From: a virus
Taxonomy: Duplodnaviria > Caudoviricetes
Direction: 5' to 3' (one strand)
Virus record (IMG/VR): IMGVR_UViG_3300034355_000190
Location: 1 to 30,456 of that record
Length of the DNA stretch: 30,456 bases
Position 1 is the first letter of the stretch. Each line of letters opens with the position of its first letter. Positions 17,088 through 24,707 of this stretch are shown here, one piece after another. The notes beneath the pieces are model-generated. The model saw only the letters and a program-made list of their open reading frames with translations, was not told where the DNA came from and ran no database searches. Made by a program: the position numbers and the translations under genes.

Positions 17088-18451
17088 AAGGCTGTCTCAT
17101 GTGGCCGCGGCTGGCCGTGATAGAAGACGACACGCGCATCGTCAGGAACACCGTCCCCGCATTGCGCCTTGAAGCTCACAAGCTGGCCCGGCACGATGTC
17201 CTGTAACCGCATCGCCATCGGCATGTGCTGCCCGATGAACGCCTGATCTCCACGCGGGTCATCGGTCGGGCAACCAGCGTCCTGCCATGCCTGCCAGACA
17301 TGATCCGCCTCGCCTGCCGTCCAGCTCATGATGCCTGAGCCCATCTGGCCCGGCTGCCACACGTCACGCAGGCCAGCGAACGGGCCGTCGTAATCCATGA
17401 GGTCGGTCAGATCCCCGGTGATGACCGTGTCCAGATCGAAGTAGACGCAGCGCTCGCCCTTGTTGAACCGGCCAGGCTCAAACATCTGCATCTTTGCCCA
17501 CCAGTTCGCAGGCCCTTCACGCAGGACATGGAACTTGGCCTTGCCCTGATAGTTCTTCGCCACACCGCTGAGCAGGTGCGAGACGTAGTCCTCGCCCCGT
17601 CCGAGATAATTTCCCGTGGCGACGCATATGACGTTCAGCGGCTTCGTCGAGGCCCGGCGCGGCCAGTTGGCGATGAGGTTAGCGCGCTCCCGCACCATGC
17701 TCTGAAGCAGCCCGTCGCCGTGGAAGTTGACCACAGGCTTGTCCGCATCCAGCGCGAACACTTCCTGCATCTGGAACCAGTCCGTGCATTGCGTCAGGAA
17801 ATTGTTGTCCGTGACGTAGCCGTTGATCTCGATCGTTCCGACCGTGCCATCCCTGCTGTCGGGATAGGCATGGGTCTGTGCGCCGCGATACGACGAATCC
17901 AGCCCGTGCATCTCGAATTTGCGGAACCCCATGTAATGACCGAGGTTGAGCCAGCGGATGCCCATCGTGGTCCCGCCTGCAATCATCGGCGTGCCGCGGG
18001 GGAGTGTTTCGCTGATCCCAGGGGCTCCGCTCGGATGCCAGAGGACGACCTTGCTGGTCTTCAGCTTGTCAAAGACGCTCGGATGGCAGGTGGACGCCAC
18101 GAAGTAGAACACGTCAGGATGCGGCTCGATCAGGTCCGCGATGTGCGGGCGAGCGTCCAGCAGGCCACAGGCCCAAGGCGTGATGGATTGCTCCAGAAGA
18201 TAACCCAGACCCGCATTGGCCGTGACAATGACGCCTTTGAGGTCATGGACTGTGTCCCTGAGAGAAGGGCCACCGCCCGCAACAGTCAGGGTATGACCGT
18301 GCGGGCGGCAGTGTTGCGGCATAGGCAGGCCCCGCCCCAGCGCCGAACGGACGTGCTCAAGCATCGTCTTGTTCGGCGTGGATACTTTCGGCGGGACCAT
18401 CGAGAGGACACGGGCAGCCGCGCCCGCGCCTCCGTCAGTTGCTCTCATCAC
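17078..18451 (-). CDS. Two-domain glycosyltransferase: Maf/DUF115-like N-terminal domain fused to a GT8-like GT-A domain, 457 aa
   Basis: N-domain: VAGGGPSL..TAN..LDAR..ASTCHP..GGTT.G..GFRKFEMHGLDSSY. C-domain: WWAKMQMF..YFDLDTVITGDL (DxD)..GDQAFI..VVFYHGQPRPHE. Confidence 0.78.
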   Translation of the reverse strand: MMRATDGGAGAAARVLSMVPPKVSTPNKTMLEHVRSALGRGLPMPQHCRPHGHTLTVAGGGPSLRDTVHDLKGVIVTANAGLGYLLEQSITPWACGLLDARPHIADLIEPHPDVFYFVASTCHPSVFDKLKTSKVVLWHPSGAPGISETLPRGTPMIAGGTTMGIRWLNLGHYMGFRKFEMHGLDSSYRGAQTHAYPDSRDGTVGTIEINGYVTDNNFLTQCTDWFQMQEVFALDADKPVVNFHGDGLLQSMVRERANLIANWPRRASTKPLNVICVATGNYLGRGEDYVSHLLSGVAKNYQGKAKFHVLREGPANWWAKMQMFEPGRFNKGERCVYFDLDTVITGDLTDLMDYDGPFAGLRDVWQPGQMGSGIMSWTAGEADHVWQAWQDAGCPTDDPRGDQAFIGQHMPMAMRLQDIVPGQLVSFKAQCGDGVPDDARVVFYHGQPRPHETALWN

Positions 18452-18942
18452 GAGATGATGGAGACGCGGTCAGCAACATACGGGCGGTTCAGTTCGAAAT
18501 CCGCCACGTTGGAAGAGGCAACCGTCGTGCTGGCGCCGAGGGCGTTCCAGACATAGTTTCCGGCCACAGACGCATCATCCACCGAACCGGCGGTGCCGGT
18601 GATGTAGACGCGCCCGTTGTCGGCGAACGAGGTCAGGCACGAGCCGATCGCCTTGCCCGCGATCTGGAACCAGCCCCAATACGAGGCCGTCAGTGTCGCC
18701 ATCGCGACGCCAACAGCGCCGATCTGGTCGGCCACGAGACGGGTCACACTCCCGTCGTCGTGGTTCAGCGTCACCCAATTGCGGATGGCGCACGAGGCGA
18801 CACCCTTCATGTAGATGAACTCGCCAGCGCCATAGTCCGGGTCTTTGCACGGAACGATGGTGCCGGTGTCGTGTCTCTTGATTGCAGAACGTTCGGCAAT
18901 TGGCTGCCCAAGCAGGAAATTGCCAGCAGGTGTCCAAGTCAT
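18448..18942 (-). CDS. Probable head decoration / cement protein, 164 aa
   Basis: Small beta-rich protein (DPDYGAGEFIYMKGVA..WGWFQIAG) immediately downstream of the major capsid gene. Confidence 0.6.
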   Translation of the reverse strand: MTWTPAGNFLLGQPIAERSAIKRHDTGTIVPCKDPDYGAGEFIYMKGVASCAIRNWVTLNHDDGSVTRLVADQIGAVGVAMATLTASYWGWFQIAGKAIGSCLTSFADNGRVYITGTAGSVDDASVAGNYVWNALGASTTVASSNVADFELNRPYVADRVSIIS

Positions 18943-18991
18943 TGGATCAATCCTATTGGGGGTTGGTGGATTTGCTCAGTTCAGCTCAGGT

Positions 18992-19803
18992 TCAAGGCGA
19001 AGAATCGTAGATCTTGAACGTGTGGACCGGGTTCTTCAGGACGACTTCGCCCATGAAGCCCAAATGTTGCACAATTGCATCCTGGTTGATCGGCATCTGC
19101 CGGCCACCGAAGCGCTCGAAGTTCCGCTGCGGGTTGTAGAAGAACTTGAGGTCTTCCATTGAGACGCCGTAGGTCACGTCATCCGGCATGGCCGAGCCAA
19201 CGCCGCCTTCGAGCACCACGTCGATCGACTTGCCAGCCCCATAATATTTCATGGCGCTGAAACCGCCTTTGCCGAGGCCGTTCTCATCGTTGATCCGCTG
19301 GATCGCCGTGAGGGCCGCGTCATACGCCTGATAGTGCTGCGTGGAGCAGACCAGCAGGTCGGGGCCTTTCTTGCCGCGCGAACGGGCGAACACCGCGTTG
19401 TTGAACAGCGGGCGGATGGTCGTCGATGTGACCGCCGTAATCGCCGTGCCGGCAACAGTGATGGAGTTCGCGTTGTAGGTCGTCGTGCGCCACTGGGTAT
19501 TGCTTACCCGGCTGATGCCGCCATACGAACCCGTCGAGGTCGTCGTCGGGATGGCAAGCTGCAAGCCGCCGATCTGGTTGTCAGCCGAACCTGCCGAGTG
19601 CATGTCTTCAACGAAGCGGTCCTGAAGTTCGGTTTCCGCCGCGTCGATGTGCATCTCGAACACGTCTTCAAGCTGGTTCGATCCGGCGTTTTGCAGGATC
19701 TCCTGGCCGGTCAGCATCATCGAAACGGCGCCCATCTTGGGGGTAAATTCCGCATCATTGAAGAGGTCGGTCGGGTTGGGTGAGAGGAATTGCGCGCCTT
19801 GGT
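18992..19803 (-). CDS. Major capsid protein, exon 2
   Basis: The frame extends upstream of the track's ATG 19735 as (T)AC CAA GGC = Y-QGAQFLSPNPTDLFNDAEFTPKMGAVS; capsid-like GQEILQNAG, IGGLQ, YGGISR...WR, PINQDA. The joined CDS is 199+812 = 1011 nt = 336 aa. Confidence 0.9.
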
Positions 19804-19983
19804 CAGTATTGTTATCGCGCGGCGTTTAAGCAGCGCTTCTGCATCTTCCGTAACGTTGATGCAGCTCAGACTATATCATCGCCGTTGTTGCGGCGTCGGG
19901 CGCTCGTGGGCGGGTTATTCTTTCGTCACCGCCTAGTCGTTGCACCTTCCGCATCCCTGACCCTTTCGGGCTACGTATGCGGC

Positions 19984-20012
19984 TTGGCTCAGGATTGTCG
20001 ATCCGGTATAAC
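19984..20012 (+). promoter_or_regulatory. Candidate sigma70 promoter for the intron HNH gene, antisense to the ribozyme
   Basis: TTGGCT (19984-19989), 17-nt spacer, TATAAC (20007-20012), about 75 nt upstream of the GTG start. Confidence 0.6.
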
Positions 20013-20086
20013 AAGAACGGTTCTTGCTCTGCCGGGATACGTCGGTTTTCCCTGAGTTCACCCGATTATTCGATTTGGAGTCGTCC

Positions 20087-20842
20087 GTGCCAAAGATCGT
20101 CAAGACGTGTGTTCGATGTGGTGATGACTTCTCAGTCTGGCCCTCGCGCGTGAAGTGGCAGGAAGCGCGTGGCCTTGAGGTCAAGTTCTGCTCTCAAGCC
20201 TGTACCGCAGCAGCGCGGTCTGAAGGCTTGATCGCTTCCCGTAAGCGCGAGGGCGAAGAGGTGCCGTGCGCGACGTGCGGTAAGCTGGTCTACATGAAGC
20301 AGTTCAGGCTGAAGACAAACACTCTTCACTTTTGCTCTCAGAAGTGTCGCACGAAAGCGATTTCCGAGAACCGCGTTGACCGCAAATTCGAGCAGGCGAG
20401 CGAGAAGAAGAGGACCGGCAAGTCATTCGCCTGCCGCATATGCGGCGAGAAGAAGTACCAGCGGATTTCCTATTACAACCGGAACGTCAACAAGACTTGC
20501 GGCAAGAGCGAGTGCGTATCTGCCTATGCCCGTAGTCGCTGGGGTCTTCCGCCCTGTTCGACCAACCATAGAAGAAGGTCAGCCGCGAGAGGAAAACTGC
20601 CACAACCGAAGCGAGCATCCAACTTCACAGCCAAACAGAAGGTTGAGTGGTTGGGTTGTAAGTGCGCTCGCTGCGGCACGACCGAGAACTTGGCTCTTGA
20701 TCACATCCTTGCAGTTTGTGCAGGCGGACTATCGACCAGGGACAATGCCCAGACGCTTTGTCAGCCGTGCAATAACTGGAAGTCTAAACACGTCGATATG
20801 CCCTTGGCGCGGGCAAAGAACAAACTCCGAAAAGCGGCTTAG
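20087..20842 (+). CDS. Intron-encoded HNH homing endonuclease with three N-terminal zinc-ribbon units, 251 aa, antisense to the host gene
   Basis: GGAG 20077-20080 then GTG 20087; three CxxCG..C...C units; C-terminal CARCGTTENLALDHILAVCAGG..DNAQTLCQPCNNWK HNH-type motif. Confidence 0.88.
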   Translation: MPKIVKTCVRCGDDFSVWPSRVKWQEARGLEVKFCSQACTAAARSEGLIASRKREGEEVPCATCGKLVYMKQFRLKTNTLHFCSQKCRTKAISENRVDRKFEQASEKKRTGKSFACRICGEKKYQRISYYNRNVNKTCGKSECVSAYARSRWGLPPCSTNHRRRSAARGKLPQPKRASNFTAKQKVEWLGCKCARCGTTENLALDHILAVCAGGLSTRDNAQTLCQPCNNWKSKHVDMPLARAKNKLRKAA

Positions 20843-20861
20843 TGGAGGCGATCCACGGTTA

Positions 20862-21060
20862 ACCGAGTATACGAGCCCGTCTCGTTGTAGAGCTGACGGA
20901 CGCGGATGGTTGGGCCGGAGTAGGTCTTGAAGCCCCCCCGGTTGCGCATGACGAAGAGGATGGCGTTGGCGTTGCTGACGAGGTCTTGCGTCCCCGGAGC
21001 ACGGTATTCCAGCGCCAGCGAGAAAGCTTCTCCAAGCTTCTCAACTGTTGTGAGTGCCAT
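20862..21060 (-). CDS. Major capsid protein, exon 1
   Basis: MALTTVEKL..DLVSNANAIL..KTYSGPTIRVRQLYNETGSYTR plus one T; directly follows the scaffold gene and joins exon 2 in frame. Confidence 0.9.
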
Positions 21061-21084
21061 CTAAGGCTGTTCCTTTGTTGATGA

Positions 21085-22416
21085 TTAAGCGCCGCTGCCC
21101 ATGCCCATCTTGGATAGGGCCATGCGTGCAGCTTCGCGGGCTGATGATGCGACCGGGCGTTTGCCTGCGGGGGTTGAGCCCGATGGAGCGCCGGTAATTG
21201 ATGCGGTGCCACGACGGGATTGAACCGCCGCGTCTTGGGCCGGAAGATCCGGCGCCGGGGGTGAGAGGGACGGCGGAGGGTTGAGCTTCGCGACCTTCTC
21301 GTATGCTTTGCTGAGGCGCTGGATGGGGTCTTTTCCCGCCTCGAATCTCGGGTTGTGCAGTTCAACTTCGATCTGCTCGTACAGCTCGTTGAACCTGTCG
21401 TTCTTGTTGGCGAAATCCGCGATCTGCTCTTGCAGCATGTTGGTGGAGCGCTCCCGCTCCTGCTGCTGGCGCTGCGTCTCGCGCTCGCTGAAGCCGTTCT
21501 TGAACTCGGCAAGCTGCTTCTTCACGTCAGCCAGTTCGCGCTGAAGGTCAGCTTGTGGGTTCTGGAAGGATTCGACGCCCTGCTGTGATTGCTCAAGCAC
21601 GTACTGAGCAAGCGTCGGCATGTCCCAGTTGTATTCGTTGCCATCGACCGCCGTGTATTTCATCTGGGATACCAAGCGCTCCAGCGTGGCAAGCTGGGTG
21701 TCGGGATTGCCGAGGCCGCGGTCCAGTTCCACGTAGCGCTCAAGCGTCGCCTTCAGCGGCTGCCGGTAGACCTGTTGCGAGAGGTCTTCGTATTCGTTCA
21801 GTTCAGCCCAACGATCAGCTTTCGTCTTGACCTCAGCGAAGCCCTTGTCGAACGCCTCAGAGCGCTTGACGACTTCCTCACGGACGACTTCAGGCAGCTT
21901 GGCCCATTCGGCGGCTGACTGCTTGGTCATCCACTTCGGGGCTTCGGGATGCTTTGTCTCGACCGTGGCGGGCTTGGCTTCAGGGGCCGGCGCAGGCTGT
22001 TGCTGGGGCAGTGCCGCCTTAACGGCTTCGGATACCTGCTCTGCCGTGCGTTCCTCGGCCTTGGCCTGCTCGGCATTGGCGCGGCGGGTTTCCCAGCCCT
22101 TGCGTGCGCGCTCGGCAGCGTCGTTGACGGCCTTCTCGGCATCCGTCGCCTTGGTGACTGCGTCCTTGTGTGTGGCGTCCAGCTTGTCGTCTGCGCCAGC
22201 GCCTTCCTTCAGCACGGCAGCAGCGCGATCGGTTTCGCCAGGCGCACGCGCCATGACTTCGCTCAACGCTTTGGAGGCGGCTTCCCTGCCCGATAGCGGT
22301 TTGTCTGCGGACTTGGAAGCCTCGGAGGCGGGGGCGGATGTGGTGTCAGCTTGAGCAGGCGCAGGTGCGGGCTCGCTCGCGCCCATTGAAGGGGCGGCGC
22401 TAAGGTCGTCGGCCAT
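21085..22416 (-). CDS. Capsid scaffolding protein, 443 aa
   Basis: Ala/Glu/Lys-rich helical protein with EAPKWM...AEWAKLPEVVREEV motif, immediately upstream of the capsid gene. Confidence 0.78.
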   Translation of the reverse strand: MADDLSAAPSMGASEPAPAPAQADTTSAPASEASKSADKPLSGREAASKALSEVMARAPGETDRAAAVLKEGAGADDKLDATHKDAVTKATDAEKAVNDAAERARKGWETRRANAEQAKAEERTAEQVSEAVKAALPQQQPAPAPEAKPATVETKHPEAPKWMTKQSAAEWAKLPEVVREEVVKRSEAFDKGFAEVKTKADRWAELNEYEDLSQQVYRQPLKATLERYVELDRGLGNPDTQLATLERLVSQMKYTAVDGNEYNWDMPTLAQYVLEQSQQGVESFQNPQADLQRELADVKKQLAEFKNGFSERETQRQQQERERSTNMLQEQIADFANKNDRFNELYEQIEVELHNPRFEAGKDPIQRLSKAYEKVAKLNPPPSLSPPAPDLPAQDAAVQSRRGTASITGAPSGSTPAGKRPVASSAREAARMALSKMGMGSGA

Positions 22417-22439
22417 GTGTGGTGTTTCCCTAACGAGTT

Positions 22440-22462
22440 CGGCGCGGGTTTGAGCCGCGCCG
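22440..22462. promoter_or_regulatory. GC-rich stem-loop upstream of the scaffold start
   Basis: CGGCGCGG-7 nt-CCGCGCCG perfect inverted repeat in the intergenic gap; no U-tract on the coding strand. Confidence 0.45.
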
Positions 22463-22490
22463 TTAGGTGGTTGAGTTTTGTACGTACAGC

Positions 22491-22754
22491 CTAAACGGGC
22501 TCGTCGAAGTTGCTCTCGATTGTGCGCCAGAGATCCTCTTCAGGCTTGCTGTCGCCAAGCATGAGGCTGGTTAAATCAAGGTCGTGTCCGTCGTTGGCAA
22601 TCTTTAACGCCAACGCCGATTGCAAACTACCCGCGTATCTTACCCGATCCTTACAGAGATTGGCCCAATACTCATCGTCGCCGCTAAGATACGAAACTCG
22701 CGTGTAGTCCCAACCCGAACTCGTGCGCGTCGATAGGATTCTCAACTCGCTCAA
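22491..22754 (-). CDS. Hypothetical protein, 87 aa, lower GC than its neighbours
   Basis: 4-bp overlap with the upstream ORF; co-oriented with the operon. Confidence 0.55.
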   Translation of the reverse strand: MSELRILSTRTSSGWDYTRVSYLSGDDEYWANLCKDRVRYAGSLQSALALKIANDGHDLDLTSLMLGDSKPEEDLWRTIESNFDEPV

Positions 22755-22963
22755 TTCGGCCTTCCCTGCGGCTGCCAGTCGATCAGAATATGCACCAGTT
22801 GCTGTGACTGGTTATCGATGCCGTACAGCTCGCAGTCCACAGCGCCGCAGAGGACGTTCGCCGCAAACGATGCAAGCGGCATTGTCGGGTCCAGCATGTC
22901 GCGGAGACGGACCAGCGCCTCGATCTCGTCAGTGTCCAGCGTGAGTGAGACGCGGCGGTTCAC
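22751..22963 (-). CDS. Hypothetical protein, 70 aa
   Basis: 4-bp overlaps at both ends; co-oriented with the operon. Confidence 0.55.
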   Translation of the reverse strand: MNRRVSLTLDTDEIEALVRLRDMLDPTMPLASFAANVLCGAVDCELYGIDNQSQQLVHILIDWQPQGRPN

Positions 22964-23499
22964 TTCGCGACAGGCCCGAAGGCGTTTGGCGCTCGCTTTG
23001 CCCGTTTCCTGTACGCCGTCGCAGTCGCGCCCTCATGCTCCACCTGCCACGTCGCGCGCCTCACAGCGTCACGGATGGCCTTGCGGTCGGGCTTGGGCTT
23101 CTTGCGTTCGGGGGCCTTGTCGTTGCCCATCTCGGTCAGACCGCGAGCGCGGTAATCAGCACGCAGGCGGCTCTTGCTGGTATACATGCGCCCATCGGCC
23201 ATCGACTGAATGCCGTTGACGCCGCCGATCGATTCCAGGCTGTCCGAGATGAACGACCTGCACACGTCAAGGTCGCTCTCCAGCCAGTTCTTCTCGGGCA
23301 TGCAGTTCATGCCCCACGCGTTCAGGGGATGCCATCCACCGCACGTCTTGCAGAGGCGGATCGGATCGGCGTCACAGTACGCCTCGCAGTATTCCTTGAA
23401 CTCGTCCTCTGCGTGCCAGTCCATGTGGGCGGTGCAGTAGCGCTTGGGCTTGTCGAACAGCGTGCAGCGCTTGTCTTCTTCGTGCTCGGTGTCAGCCAT
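22960..23499 (-). CDS. Phage protein with two C..WH putative metal-binding motifs
   Basis: Likely start MADTEHEE; YCTAHMDWH and LCKTCGGWH; FISD..IQSMADGRMYTSKSRLR..GND motif, which I recall from genes between portal and scaffold in such phages. Confidence 0.65.
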   Translation of the reverse strand: MADTEHEEDKRCTLFDKPKRYCTAHMDWHAEDEFKEYCEAYCDADPIRLCKTCGGWHPLNAWGMNCMPEKNWLESDLDVCRSFISDSLESIGGVNGIQSMADGRMYTSKSRLRADYRARGLTEMGNDKAPERKKPKPDRKAIRDAVRRATWQVEHEGATATAYRKRAKRAPNAFGPVAK

Positions 23500-23704
23500 C
23501 CTTGGGCTCTCCCAGCGCAGCAATCTCGGCTTTGTCGATTGCCTTCTCTATGGCGTCCAGCACGTCATTTTCCGTGTCAGCGTCGGTCAGCATGTCCAAT
23601 TGGGTGACGTCCAAGTGTTTGCGGACAAGCGCTGCCGGAAGCTCAGTCATGGCAGTTCGCCACTCCAGCACGGTGGCGACGGTTTCGCGTATGCGGTCAA
23701 TCAT
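23492..23704 (-). CDS. Hypothetical protein, 70 aa
   Basis: Tightly packed, co-oriented ORF. Confidence 0.55.
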   Translation of the reverse strand: MIDRIRETVATVLEWRTAMTELPAALVRKHLDVTQLDMLTDADTENDVLDAIEKAIDKAEIAALGEPKDG

Positions 23705-23710
23705 CCGGAA

Positions 23711-23923
23711 TTACCTCGCTTCCCCTTCTTCGCCCGGCAGCACCAGCTTCCCATCCCCGTCGATCATCCCGCGAATCCGCAGGGGCTTGCCGCCGTTCTC
23801 GATGCGCGGGTCTGTGTCGCCCGGCTTGCGGGTCTTGAGCCATTCGGCGTAGCGCGCGTCGTTGGCGTCCTGCATGTCGTCCAGAACAGTGCGGACGCGG
23901 GCGTGCTCTTGATCGTCGGTCAT
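23711..23923 (-). CDS. Hypothetical protein, 70 aa
   Basis: ATG directly abuts the previous stop codon; co-oriented. Confidence 0.55.
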   Translation of the reverse strand: MTDDQEHARVRTVLDDMQDANDARYAEWLKTRKPGDTDPRIENGGKPLRIRGMIDGDGKLVLPGEEGEAR

Positions 23924-24580
23924 TTACGCCGCCAGAAGCAGCAGGATGATTGCATCGTCATAGTCGCGTATTTCCTGCCTGATCCGTTCCGCCAGTGCGC
24001 GGGCTTCTTCCCTCGCCTGACGATCGGCCTCGATCAGCGCCTTGCGTTCGCGCCGGGCTTTGAAATCGATCAGCGACGGCTTCGTCAGGATGGGCTTGGG
24101 ATAGTCCAGCAGCGCCGTGATTGCCTTCAGCCTCGCCTGGCTGATCTCGATCGCGATCTGTGCCGGCGCTTCTTCCGGCTCAGTTCCAAGCGCCCTTGAA
24201 ATAGCCCGGCGTCGGTTTGCCCTGTCTGCTTCCTGCCTGCGTGCGGCTTCCTGCCGGTTGGCGTCCTCTTCCGCCCACCTGCGGCGAAGCTCTGCCATGT
24301 CCTCGACAATGGGCGCCTTGCGGCGGGGCCATCCATCGTGGCCGTCGATCTGCTGTGTTGGCTCGTCAGCCGTTCCAGTGAAGGTGAGGTCTGCCGTGAA
24401 CGTCGAGGTTCCGGCGAACGAACCGGAGATGGCCCCAGCCGGAAGATCCAGCGTGCCGGTGAAGCTCGCAGATCCCGCGAACGTTCCGCGCATTGCGTTG
24501 GGGTCAACAGCAGTTGCCTGCCCACCCACCGCTTTGAAGTAGAGTGCTTTCCAGTAGTTTGCGCTGAAGAAGTTAGCCAT
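23924..24580 (-). CDS. Hypothetical virion-associated protein, 218 aa
   Basis: Two G(T/S)FAG beta repeats, then a charged coiled coil ending DDAIILLLLAA. Confidence 0.65.
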   Translation of the reverse strand: MANFFSANYWKALYFKAVGGQATAVDPNAMRGTFAGSASFTGTLDLPAGAISGSFAGTSTFTADLTFTGTADEPTQQIDGHDGWPRRKAPIVEDMAELRRRWAEEDANRQEAARRQEADRANRRRAISRALGTEPEEAPAQIAIEISQARLKAITALLDYPKPILTKPSLIDFKARRERKALIEADRQAREEARALAERIRQEIRDYDDAIILLLLAA

Positions 24581-24605
24581 GTCAGCCCACGGTTAGATAA
24601 TCGCT

Positions 24606-24695
24606 CTAATTCGCCTCGCGCGATCCTGCCGCGAACATAGCCGCAACAAGCACACCAAGCGCAGCGCCAACCCACAAACCAGCAAGGAACGTCAT
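24606..24695 (-). CDS. 29-aa single-transmembrane peptide (below the ORF track cutoff)
   Basis: GGAGG SD, then MTFLAGLWVGAALGVLVAAMFAAGSREAN-stop; fills the intergenic gap. Confidence 0.6.
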   Translation of the reverse strand: MTFLAGLWVGAALGVLVAAMFAAGSREAN

Positions 24696-24707
24696 GCTAG
24701 ACCTCCG

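Larger units (their letters stand above)
19804..20861 (-). ncRNA. Group I self-splicing intron (IA-like), 1058 nt, in the major capsid gene
   Basis: 5' exon ends in U (CGGU|UAACC); intron ends in G (AAUACUG|ACCAA). P element GAACUCAGGGA 20049-20059; Q AAUCCUGAGC 19987-19996; R GUGCAACGACUA 19934-19945; S GAUAUAGUC 19869-19877. P7 GACUA/UAGUC; P3 UCGGGUG/CGCCCGA; P8 CGCCG/CGGCG; P9 CUGCAUC/GAUGCAG; an extra hairpin between P7 and P3'. Confidence 0.95.

Noticed and set aside
20024-20086. HNH start at TTG 20024 as given in the ORF track
   Set aside because: It overlaps the ribozyme core and lacks an SD. GTG 20087 has GGAG 6 nt upstream and begins the first zinc ribbon.
19804-20861. Group II intron, intein or IS element
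   Set aside because: No GUGCG 5' end or reverse transcriptase; the insert has in-frame stops; no transposase or target duplication. Group I motifs are explicit.
18992-21060. Capsid gene as a pseudogene, or as two separate genes of 73 and 247 aa
   Set aside because: Precise removal of a sequence with a complete group I core restores one 336-aa frame.
22440-22462. Rho-independent terminator
   Set aside because: No U-tract follows the stem on the coding strand, and it lies mid-operon; kept only as a generic stem-loop.
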